Shown here piece after piece: positions 25,161-36,700 of a DNA stretch of 64,000 nucleotides (position 1 is the stretch's first letter; every line of letters starts with the position of its first letter). Source of the DNA: Chrysemys picta bellii (taxonomy: Eukaryota); assembly GCF_011386835.1 (NCBI RefSeq), contig NC_088802.1:56854001-56918000 (forward strand), read 5' to 3'. Under the pieces are notes generated by a model. That model made no database searches. It worked only from the letters and a program-made list of their open reading frames with translations, and was not told where the DNA came from. Both the position numbers and the translations under genes were made by a program.

Positions 25161-26079
25161 TGTCACGGGGTCCCCGGGCGATGCTCTGGAACGGCTCCCT
25201 ACGAAGCCAGGCAGGACTCTGCGGGAGCCTCCTCTCTGGGAGCAGACTGTCTTCAGGAAAGAAGCTCACACGACTTCACCTTCCTGGGTCTGACCCCGGA
25301 GCATTGAGCATCCTCTGCCCCCCGTGTGCTTCCCACAGCCAGGGCCGGCTCCAGGGTTTTGGCCGCCCCAAGCAGCCAAACAAACAACAACCAAAAAAAG
25401 CCGCGATCACAATCTGCAGCGGCAATTCGGCGGAAGGTCCTTCGCTCCGAGCAGGAGTGAGGGACTGTCACTGAATTGCTGCCGAACAGCTGGACGTGCC
25501 GCCCCTCTGCTTGGTAAGCTGGTGCCTGGAGCTGGCCCTGCCCACAGCGAGTTCCCACAGGTGGGGTCCTGGGGAAGCCACAGGGCCCTGCACCCCAATT
25601 CCACAGTCAGACGTGACTCTCAGCCAGCCAGTAAAACAGAAGGTTTATTAGACGACAGGAGCATGGTCTAAAACGGAGCTTGTAGGTACAGGAAACAGGA
25701 CCCCTAAGTCAGGTCCATCTTGGGGAGGCAGGAAGACCAGAGCCCCCCCATTTCCCCAGCCAGCTCCAACAAACTCCCTCCAGACTTCTCACTCAGCCTC
25801 CCCGCCCCACCCTACCCCCCGGCTCCTCCTCCAGCCTTTGTCCAGTTTCCCGGGCAGAGGTGTCACCTGGCTCCAACCCTTCCCCCCCCCCCCCCCCCGG
25901 GTTCTCATGTTACATGCTCAGGTATCTTCCCTCAAGGAAAGTCTCCCATCCCCAATGCAGACAGTCCCAGCCAAACTCCCCTGCAACCTTCCCAGGTCCA
26001 TACTCCTCACTCCCTGCTGCATCACAGGCCCCCACCCAGGAGTCAAAGAAAACATTAAGAACATTCCCACTTCGTCACA
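25161..26079 (-). mobile_element. Solo LTR, family A, reverse orientation
   Basis: TGTCAC ... CACTTCGTCACA (minus strand starts TGTGACGAAGTGGG); perfect 5-bp TSD GTGCC at 25156-25160 and 26080-26084. Confidence 0.92.
25340..25540. mobile_element. hAT MITE, 201 bp, nested in the solo LTR
   Basis: TIR CAGGGCCGGCTCCA ... TGGAGCTGGCCCTG (1 mismatch); perfect 8-bp TSD CCCACAGC at 25332-25339 and 25541-25548. Confidence 0.93.
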
Positions 26080-29000
26080 GTGCCGGATTAGTCTAGAGAG
26101 AGCCCTGTCTGCTTGCCAAGCCTTTGATGGGCAGGGAGCAGAATACATTCCAGGAATCCTCCCTGAGGCGCATCCTGCATGGGATTGGGAATTTGTTGTG
26201 GGGCTGCTTCCCTACAACCTGTGTCTGCCCCAGCCCAGCCCTCCCACTGCTCAAAAACCTGCTCTGTCTGCCATGGGACTTCCCCTCCACAGAGATCTTT
26301 GTAAGTGGGGAGACAATGACAATCTCCTCTTCCCATCTCTGCTGAGAAAGCCAGCGCTGGCCTGCTAGGCTCTGTGACCCACAGCTGGGATGCGTCCGGA
26401 TGTCGCGTTTGAACGGGGAGCGTGGCACCTCGTCAGGGAAGGAGGGAACTGCCAGCCCCTCAGCCAGGCAGCGAGGACCCATCCCTGGGGCAAAACGTCC
26501 AGGCCAGGAGCCAGCCCAGCAGCGAAGTCGGGGGATCTCATGCTGGAGGGGGTCGCTGGGGCCCAACACGCTGATCCCTGGGTCACAGTGAGCAATTAGC
26601 CAACCGGGCTCCACTCCTGCAGTCAGCCAGATTCCACGGGAGGCAGGCGTCCCTCCAGCCACGCACTCTGATAGCTGCCCCACGTCACGGCAAGGCCCAG
26701 ACACTAGCCAGGAGCCGAGTGTGCAAAGCGGCTGAACTTCCCGTCCTTCCCGGCACCGCGCTGCACCTCTGCTGAGTGGGAATCACCCGATGCCCAGGCA
26801 CCTGCATCAGCCATGACTGATCTGACTCTCCGCTTACCCTCGGGCTTGTGCAAACGGCTCTCAGGGGCAACCTGCTCCAGCCCCCAGAGCTCGACAAGCC
26901 TGTTCCCTGGCAACTGGCACAGGGGTCAGAGCGGCACAGGAGAGAGACGGACATGGAGCACGCGGGAAGAGCTAAAACAACAACAATAAAGAGTCCTTGT
27001 AGGACCCTTGCAGCAGCCACCCCCCTCATCAGCCACCCCCTCCTGCCAGCGCCACTCTGCTAGCCCCTGCTGCAGGCCCCGCTTCGTCACCCCCTGCCAC
27101 CATCCCCCACTCCCCCAGCCCTGCAGCCCCTCCTGTCTTTTCATTAACTCCCCCTGCCCCCACCAGTAGGTAGGTGACACTCAGGGCTGCCAATTCTTCC
27201 AGACTTATTAAGGGGATTTAGGCCCCTGCTGCAGGAGCTCTCAGCCCACATCTCCCGTGCCCACGCGTGGCCCTGGGCAGGCTGAAAGCTGCCACCAAAG
27301 TTGGGCTCAAAACACCTGGCCAGGGGTTTCCCTGTTAAGATTTGCTCATGTTACCCTGCCACCCCCGGCAAATCCGTGGAGCCAGTGGGCTGTTCGGCCC
27401 TTGCCTGTGCCCACGCAGCCATTCTCTTGGTACCGACTAGGCCAAGAGGCAGTGTGTGCCAGGGAAGCCTCCCGCGCCCTCCCCCGGGAGGAACCCCAGG
27501 GACATGTGTGGAGTGGAGAAGGGCCCCTCGTCTGTGATGTGCCCTATTCACACCCACAGCTCCAGCCCCTCCCGGGAAGGGTCTTTGCCCCCGTGGAAGA
27601 GGCACGAGGCTGCAGCTGAGACAGGAGAAGCATCTCTGTGGGCTCTGGGAATCCCCGAGGAGGCTGTCTGCTCCAGTTAAAAGGGAGGGACCCTCAAGTC
27701 TGCCCAGTCAGGGTAAGGATTGTGCTGTTTGGGAAAAGCCAAGCAACTGATTTTAGCCCCTGGGAGGCCAGCCACGCAGAAGGACCTCGCCCCCAGCAGC
27801 AGTGACACATTCCCCAAGAGGCAAAGCAGGTGGAGACCAAAGCTTGCAGGTGGCGGCGACAAGACACAACCCTTAGCGAGCCCCCCGCCTTGTCACCCTG
27901 CAGCCCCCGCTGGGAGGGACTTTCCCTGCAGCTGCCCCGAGAAGGCATCGCAGGGGAAATTGCCCCTAGGTGTGCATGACTCTGCAGGCCTGGCCGTGCC
28001 AAGCTCCGAGGGCCCCCCCTCAGAGGTGGCTGCAGCACAGTCTCGGGGATGAGCTCTTCAAGAGGGAAGGGGACAGCACAGATCTCCTGTGTCCGGCCAA
28101 AGCAATGCGGCCGGGGCCCAGCCAGAGCCAGCATGGAGGGAGCGTGGTGGGTGCTGACCACGATGAAGGTGATCAGTGCAGCTGGCGGAGCAGACCTGGC
28201 CCCACAAGGAGCCCAGCAAAGCCAGCACCTGGGAGCAGAGGGCACTGGCGGCCAGCATGATCTCAGAGCTTTGGCACCCTCAGCTGTTACCTCATGGCTG
28301 AGGTGGCCGCTGTGGGCAAGGACTCCTCCCTGAGCCGCCTCCCCTGTAAAGTCGTTTCCTGCACGGCTGCCAAGACCACGGCTGATCTGGGCAGGGAGTG
28401 CGGAGCATTCGCAGTGGCACTGAGTGGCAGCACACCACCAGCTCCCCACGGGCCTCAGCTGGCACTCCTGCCCTGCGTGTTCCCTCGGTGGTGCCCTGCC
28501 CGTGCTAGCTGAGACGTGCCTGGAGCAGGCTCACGGCACAGCGAGAGGGCTGAGGCAGCAGTCGCCTGCTTCTTGTAGCCATGGCTGCCTGAATTCGTCC
28601 CTGGCGTGGTGCGGAGACTGCTGCAGCAAGCAAGGGAGGGGCGATGCCTCCCCTCCCTAGGCCTGCTGGGGCTGATTCGGCCGTGAGGGCTGCCCTTTTG
28701 TGCCCCAGCAGCCCTTCGAGGTGCTGTGACATTGGAGAACAGCCAGGGCGTAGAGCCACCCCGCCCACTCTAGGCCATGGCTCCTGCATCTGACGAGGAG
28801 GGGAGTGGGGGCTGCTTTGCGCTGGCTTTGCAGTGACTCAGGCTGAAAACGGCCCCTCGATCCAGCGAGGCCCATGTTTAACTGGAGCTAGGTGAACTGC
28901 ACCATGGCAAGGCAAGTGAGTCACATCCAAAGTCCAACAGGCCGTTCCCCAGAAGCGAGCAGCCACCGTTGGAAAGCAGGTGAGGCGTGTACAGTCCTGC

Positions 29001-29505
29001 CTCCTGCTCTGGACTGCTCCTTGCCCTACCCCCAGGCCTAGTCGCCCCACTTCCCCGTCACCACACTCTGCATTTCCTGGCCGGCTGTGTAACTGACCCA
29101 CAGCCCAGCGCTTACTGGAAGAGGAAGCTGCTGGGAAGGTAGAGTGTGTGATGAAGGAAGTTTTGGAGAGGAGAGGGGAGCCAGCGGGCAGAGCTGACCA
29201 TGTTCCCAAGTCCAGGACCAGTAACGGGAAGCGGCTGCTCTCAGTGACGGTAAATCAGATCGCAGAGATTAGAGGCCTTTCTGCCTAATCACAGGCAGCT
29301 CGAAGTTGGAGGACAAGTTACTGGAACAAAGAGGAAATAGAGGCAGTAAATAAAGAGAAACTGTTAACATATGGCCTCTGTGTGTGAAAAACATCTCTCT
29401 GAAGGGCTGTTTATGGCTCAGTCACTCACTTTATGGGGCTGCATGGCACAGACTGCAGCTGGGTGAAGAGTAAAAGGGAAGGATGGGTGTGGGTGACACA
29501 AACAG

Positions 29506-29527
29506 GTGTGTGTGTGTGTGTGTGTGT
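29506..29527. repeat. (GT)11 microsatellite
   Basis: Direct read of the GT run. Confidence 0.9.
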
Positions 29528-30225
29528 ATCTACACCAAGGTCCAGATGTTTGTGCAGTGTGCAGGTGGGTATGCTATGGGTTTGGACAGCAGCAGTGTGC
29601 ACTTGTGCAAGATGGGGTGTACAGCTGTGCAGGTGTGTGAGTACAGCTGTTCACCGGGGTGCTGGGACAATTTTTATAGTGGGGGAGCTGAGAGGCATCG
29701 AACCAAACTGTAAACCCTGTATATGATGGCAACCACTTCAAGCCAGGGGGTACAGCAGCACCCCTAGTTCCAGCACCTATGTGCAGGGAGGGGGGTGCTT
29801 GTGCAGAGAGCCCATTGACGGGAGGAAGGGGGGGCGCACTGGGGGCCATGCGCCATGCTCCCCACCCCCACACACTGCTCACAGGAATGGCCCAGATAGC
29901 ACAAACAGAGAGGGAGGTGGACCCCCTCTTGGGCTTGCTCCCTGGCTAGAGACTGACCAGTACCAGGGCTGGGAGTGAGTCTCTGAGGACAGTGCTGGCA
30001 CAGGCCTGGCTCCAAGGGCTGCCCTGAGCTGGGGAATGGCCCCGGGTGCTATGATAGCATTCGTCCTGCCCTCCTCCCTGTAACCACTGACCCCAAGAGG
30101 GCCTGGCAGTGGCCAGGCCCTGGGCTCCTGGGGCAGACACGCTGGGGTTTATTGCATCCTGGTGCTCAGAGCCATATCAGGGACATCTCTCCACCCACCA
30201 GGCAGGTTCTGGCACTGAACCCGCC

Positions 30226-30862
30226 TGTAAAGGTGCACGACTGAGCCCTGCGGCGCCTCCTGCTGATTGTCTCGGGAATTAGCTCTCCAGCCATTGGAGC
30301 ACCCTCTGCAGGCCAGTGTCCCGCTACCGCTTGGCCCCTGTGTCTCTCCCAGACCCGGTGCCCTGTTGTCTGGGGTGCTGCCCTCTGGCAGTAACCCCTC
30401 AGTCTCAGGGTCTCCCCACCCAGGGGAACCCCCACCCACTATCCCCACTTTGCCTCAGTCTTGGCTACTGCCAGTCCTCATCTAACCCCCATTCAGTGGG
30501 GCAAACTACAATGTATAAGCCACTCATCACAGGCAAAGGGGTTTGGACCTGCTGTCTCTGGCTTCCCCCTGCAACCCCAGTACCTAATAAGCCATACCAG
30601 GCCTGTAGCCTGGGACTTTCCTAGGCCGGAGCTCCCGCGGCCTTTCCCCAGCCCTGCTCCACTCCAGATACCTAGTTAAGCTCCCTGCAGCCAGGCCCTT
30701 CTCTCACTGAATGCAGAGAGAGACTGTGCTGAGCGCCGGTCTCAAGCCTTTATAGGGCCAGCTGGGCCTGCTTCCTCCCAATCAGCCGTCCCAGCCACAG
30801 CCCTCTTGAGCCAGGGCTGTTTTAACCCCCTCAGGGCAGGAGCGGGTGACCAGCCCGCTACA
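30226..30862. mobile_element. Solo LTR, family B, 637 bp
   Basis: TGTAAAGG ... CCGCTACA termini; perfect 5-bp TSD CCGCC at 30221-30225 and 30863-30867; unrelated in sequence to family A. Orientation not established. Confidence 0.85.
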
Positions 30863-33199
30863 CCGCCCCCTCCTGGGGGGCTGCTACAGACCCCATGCCT
30901 GTGACCCAGCAGACACCTGCGGGGAGTGCTTGGCTCTCAGCTGCGCTGATGCACTCAGCCAGCTCACAGAGCTCCCCAGGGACCCTCCCCCAGGCCCATT
31001 CTGCTCTACGCAGGTTCTTACAGCCGTCCACTGCTCCAGGACACAATCACAGAGCCCCTTGGCCGTGCCCAGCTTCTCCTGCCCATCACACAAGCAATGT
31101 TTAGTCTGTGTCCCTCCAGCTCCCAACTGGGTACTGCCAAGGAGGGAGGCCCCATGCACTGCACAGCTGAAGTCCCAGCGTTCCTCACCGACACAGCCTG
31201 CCCCAGCCAGCCAAAGTCTTCACTCACTGCAGGCAAACCTACACTCCCCCTCTGCTGCCCTGGGCGCGCTGGGGATGGCACAGCCACTATCTCCCTGCCA
31301 TAGCCCAAGCAAGAGGAGTCAGATGGGGGATTTCACCAGGGCCTCGGAACCTGTCCTGAGAAACGGCCTCCCTCCCAATGTGGGCCTGTAAAGCATGCGT
31401 GTGAGTGTGCGCCCGTCAGCACACAGGCCCCACAGAGCCATTCGCCTGGCAGAGCTGGGAGTGGATGGGAACAGGGTGGAAAAGTCTCCTGGTGGTGCAG
31501 GACACGCAGCGACTTGTGTGTGTGCAGCGTGTTGGGTTTGTCAGGGGGCCAAGAGTCCTATAGAGCCTCGGAACAAAGGGGGAGGAGATTTTATAGCGAT
31601 CTCCATAAAACGTGTTTACCCGCCTGTGCGCCAGCCGTGCTGAGGATTAGACTCCAGCGCAGAGGGCTGTAACTGCCAGGCTGGGCTAGGATTCCCAGCA
31701 GCAAAGGTCACCGCGTTGGTTTCCTGTTAGCGGCTGTAGCAGCATGACAGGAATAATTACAATTAAATAAATATGCTTCTGTGTGTGCACAGAAAAGGCA
31801 CAAAGGTTGGATTCAAACTGCCCATCTCCCTGGAGACTAGTGCCGACCCAGTGTCTGTGAGGAACCTGCCCGCTCTGACCCTGGGATCTCTTCCGGAGCC
31901 GGCAAACCCCCGGTGGAGGAGTCACCCCCAGAAAGGCACCGGGAGCTGGGGCAATGGAGCCTGAGGGAGCTGCAGATTCAGAGCACCAAGGTGGCTGTGA
32001 GAGTGCCAGGGAGGAGAGCAGCACAAACCAGCCATGTTCAGTCTGAGGGTTCCCTTGGTCATTCCCTTCCTGTGGTAGCCCTGCCATCACCATAGTGTGG
32101 CCAGGAACAGGAGGCAGTGAGAGCACAAGTGGGACATCAGCTGGCAGGGGCAGAGGGAGCTTCCCAGAGACAGGAGTGGGTTCACTGGGGTCAGGACAGG
32201 ATAGCAGGGAAGGCATCTGGGAATGAGGGCCCTGACCCAATTTCTTTAGCCACGGGCATAGGGCAGCACTCCCTCCCCACCCAGCCCTGAGCCAGGTCCC
32301 CCAGCACCAAACACACATGCTGAACGGGGGCCATACTGATGGTCTGCAGCCAAGGGGGCCAGAGAAGGAGTTCCTCTCCCTGCTGGGCATGGAGCAGGGT
32401 GATGGTACCAGGCACATGAGTCAGACCCTGCCCCTGTCCCTGCCACAGGATCCTCCTGGCCAGAGACACCTGCAGAGCAATTGTCTTTGGGTGTCAGCAA
32501 ATGGCATCAAGTAGTCAGTAACATCAGAACATGTCCCTTGGGGACAACAACCCACACATAAGCCCCACCCCTTGCAGGGTTCATCCACCTCCCACTCCGG
32601 CCACCGGCAAACCTCACGTGGACAAAGAGTGCCAAGAAAAGGAGCACCCCATGCTGCACTTGGAACTGGGCTGCAGATTCCTGCATCCCCTCGCCCACGC
32701 TTTGCCCCGAGAGGGCATTGGCTTGCCAAGGGATCAGAGTTAGCACAGCTCATATCCCTGCCCTTGGTTAGCCAGGCATCCCCACTGCGCCAAGAAACAA
32801 AGGCAGCCCAGCGCGTCAGGGGAATTGTCCCCATGGCAATGGCTCAGCTACACACGGCCTCCGAGTGCGAGCGCTTTGGGGCAGAGACCGCTCTCCCTCT
32901 GTGTCTGCACAGCCCCTGCCTGAATGGGGCTGGGGCACCACCGCCCCAGGACATCATCGGCAGCGTGCAGGGAACCGTATGGCCCCGGGAAGACACAGGC
33001 AGCACTCAGGGCCTGCAGTCAAAGCCGAGTCAAAATCTCACCCGGCGCCATCTGTATCCCTTGGCACCTCTGAACTCCTGGCCCTTACCGGGCAGGGACA
33101 GGCCTGGCGCAGCGACCCAGGTGGGACGGGCAGAGCTGCCAAGGGCCCTGCCGCTGCCCCACTCAGTCCAGGCCAGTTATTTCATGAGCCAATTTGCAT

Positions 33200-33720
33200 A
33201 TTTACATATAATTTGCACATAACCATGGACATCAGCTCGTTCCGTGCCCCGAGCCACGGCGGGGCTGCCGGGGGGCCGCGGCGTCACCCCCGAGCTACAA
33301 GCCAGGACGCCTGGGCTGGGCCGAGCCAGCCCCCGGGGCAGCCCCCCGGAGCGGAGCCACTGGGAGCCCCCCGGTGGGGGGCGGGGCGCCCGGCAGACCC
33401 CGCCCCCGGCCACGCCCCCTGGGAGCCGGGTTCCATTCCCGGGGCCTGCGGTTCCCAGGATGCTTTGCGGCCGGCACGGGCCGGTGCCGCAAGGCATGCT
33501 GGGTCCTGTAGTCCAGCTGGGTGCGGGGAGGGTGATGCGGCTGCTGCGGCTGCCCCGCGTGGGTCGGACCGGCCGGCCGGGGGGGGCACTCGCTCTGCAA
33601 GCCCCCCCCGCCCCACTGCGCACCGGGGGGGCCTCGGGACAGCCCCGAGGCGAACGGGCCTCCCTGCACGTGGGTAGGGCCCAGGCCGGGCCGGCCGATG
33701 GGTGCGTTGGGGGGGACGGG
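33200..33720. promoter_or_regulatory. CpG island over THA1 exon 1
   Basis: Very high GC with frequent CpG around the predicted THA1 start; boundaries judged by eye. Confidence 0.6.
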
Positions 33721-36700
33721 CCTGGGGGAGCAGGAGAGAGGGGTGCGGGGGGGAGAGGGGTGTGGGGGAGCAGGGCATTGGGGTCCGGGGGGAGAGGGGT
33801 GTGGGGGAGCAGGGCAGAGGGGTGCGGGGGGGAAAGGGGTGTGGGGGAGCAGGGCAGAGGGGTGCAGGCGGGGGCAGAGGGGTGCGGGGGGGAGGGGCCC
33901 AGGCGGGGAGCAGGGCAGAGGGGTGCGGGGGGGAGGGGCCCAGGCGGGGAGCTGGGCAGAGGGGTGCGGGGGGGAGAGGGGTGCGGGGGGAGCAGGGCAG
34001 AGGGGTGCGGGGGGAGAGGGGTGTGGGGGAGCAGGGCACAGGGGTGCAGGCGGGGGGACAGGGGTGCGGGGGGGAAAGGGGTGTGGGGGAACAGGGCAGA
34101 GGGGTGCAGGGGGGGAGGGTGTGGGGGAGCAGGGCAGAGGGGTGCAGGCGGGGGCAGAGGGGTGCGGGGGGAAAGGGGTGTGGGGGAACAGGGCAGAGGG
34201 GTGCGGGGGGAAAGGGGTGTGGGGGAGCAGGGCACAGGGGTGCAGGCGGGGGCAGAGGGGTGCGGGGGGAGCAGGGCAGAGGGGTGCGGGGGGGAAAGGG
34301 GTGTGGGGGAGCAGGGCACAGGGGTGCAGGCGGGGGCAGAGGGGTGCGGGGGAGCAGGGCACAGGGGTGCGGGGGGGAGAGGGGTGCGGGGGAGCAGGGC
34401 ACAGGGGTGCAGGCGGGGGCAGAGGGGTGCGGGGGAGCAGGTCACAGGGGTGCGGGGGGGAGAGGGGTGTGGGGGAGCAGGGCACAGGGGTGCAGGCGGG
34501 GGCAGAGGGGTGCGGTGGGCTGGCCCAGCCAGGCCATCACAGACATTGCCTAGCCTGTGCCTGTCCATTCTTGTCCAAGCTGGTTGTGCTCTCCCGCCCC
34601 AGCCCCAAGCAACTGGGGGGCCCAGCCCCATGTGGTGGATCTGCGCAGCGACACGGTGACCAGGCCCAGCGCGGCGATGAGACAGGCCATGGCCCAGGCC
34701 GAGGTGGGGGATGATGACTATGGGGAGGACCCGACAGTCAATGGTGAGGCCCGGGGGCAGTGCTGTGGTGACTGTGCCCCTTGGCTGGGCACTGATGGGC
34801 CCCTCTCCCCTGAGGCTGGGACACCCCCCACTCAGAGCCAGGGAGCCATTGAGTGGGTCACAAGCAGGGCAAGAAAGTGGCAGCAGCTGTGGGGAGCCCA
34901 CAATGGAACCGCACAGAGAGGAGGGGCCGGGGGAGGGCAAGGGGGCCGAGCATCAGCTTCCAGGAACAGACCCCCATGGAGCTGTGAACTCGGGCTCCCC
35001 TCCTCCACACATCAGCTGGGCGGATGCTGCCTCTGCAGGAGCTTCTGGGTACACTTTCGAAGTCTGGTTGTGAACAGAACAAGTGCCCAGCCCCTCCCTT
35101 CTCCTGCCAGGGCTGGGGCAGGGACGCACTGACCCCAGGCAGATCACCTGCAAGGGCAGCAGGGGTCAATGCACTGGAGGGCTCCAGTGTAGCAGGAATC
35201 CCCTACTCTGTGCCCTGGTGCCTGTACCCCCCCCCCCCCCCCCCGAAAGGCTCACGGATTCTGTGAGCTGCCCCACTTGCTGCAGTGAGGGGCACATTGC
35301 TGCCCGTCTTGCGCTTGTTCCCAGGCCACCCCAAGTGCTAACGAAAGCCCCCCCTTCCCCCACACACCTGTGACTCTTTCCATGCAGAGCTCCAGCGCTT
35401 GGCCGCCCAGCTCCTAGGAATGGAGGAAGCTTTGTTTGTGCCAACGTCGACCATGGCAAACCTCATTGCTGGTGAGTGCCGTGGGGTGGGCAGACAGCAC
35501 CGCGCTGGGGGCTACGAGCCACCTGCAGGGCTCGGCAAGCGGCTATTGACTGCCACTGGGCTGGGAAGCGTGTGTCTCTGCCGAATTAAAGCTGCAGCCC
35601 CAGCCTCTCCCAGCAGGGGGTGCTGTGGGGGGCAAGGCAAGCCCCAGTTGTTCAGGGGCAGCCTGGACTGTTTCCAGTGGCCGAGCGAGGGGGTAGCCAG
35701 TCCCTGGCCCCAGGGGCTCAGTCAACAGCTGGCTTTTGTGGCAGCCGCTCCCCAAGAGAGACATCTTGGCGAAGGGGAACACCCCCACTTGGCCCACAAT
35801 CTGCTCTGTCTATGGGGCCAGAGCCCTGCTGCTTTGTGCCCCACACAGCTCTGCCACCCAGAACTGCTCCTGATGTGCTCCCCCCACCCCTCCCCCTCCT
35901 GTCCCGCTTCATTGCCGCCCTCTCTTGTCCCAGTGATGTGCCACTGCCAGCGCAGGGGGGCTCAGCTGCTCGTCGGGAGGGAGGCCCATCTGCACGTCTT
36001 CGAACAGGGCGGGGTTGCTCAGGTATGCGGTGCGCATCGGCCTGGTTTGGGCACCCTCCCCCGGCTGAGGAGACCCCGGGGCACTGCCCCAGGACAGCTT
36101 TGGATGGGCTGGAATGGGTGGGTCCGGTTCTCAGCCTGTCCTGGCATGGAGGAAGGGCCAAGGGATGGACGAGGAGCATCCCCTGTCTCTGCATGGCCCC
36201 GGGGGTGTCTCATGGGATCACCACCTGGGCAGGGCCCAAATCTCCGAAACAAATCCCCAGGCTGCTGCGCGCGGAGCCCGAGGCCTTGCCCCGCCCCATC
36301 ACTCTAACACGGAGGGGGGCAGGTATCTTTAGTGGAGGGGGTGTGGGACGGGGCCACAGGGGGGCAGCACTGCCCACGTTCTCAAGCTGCTCACAGCAGG
36401 CCTGTGGATCCTGGCTAGCTGCTGCCCCCTGTGGCCGCTCGCAGCAGCAACCGTGGGGGAAAGAATTCCCTGCCGGGCTTTGCCCGAGGAACTCTGTTCC
36501 CCCGCCCCGGGGTGCCCGGCTGTCCCCTGCCCCACTCCCTCGGCCTCTGCTGCTTCAGGCCTTTACCGAGGCTCAGGCTTTTCTTGGCTTGTTATTAAAG
36601 GAGCTGTCCTGGGGCTGCTTCTGTGCAAACCCAGGGCTCAGCCGCTCGCGGGGGTGACACGCTCGACAGCATCAGCCCCTGGCAGAGCTGGGCAGGAGGG

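Noticed and set aside
1-33400. SOCS3 coding sequence
   Set aside because: No ORF resembles SOCS3 (MVTHSKF..., SH2 domain, SOCS box); presumably outside the window.
33177-34940. 587-aa minus-strand ORF and other long ORFs over THA1 exon 1/intron 1
   Set aside because: Explained by the CpG island plus the intronic minisatellite; low-complexity translation.
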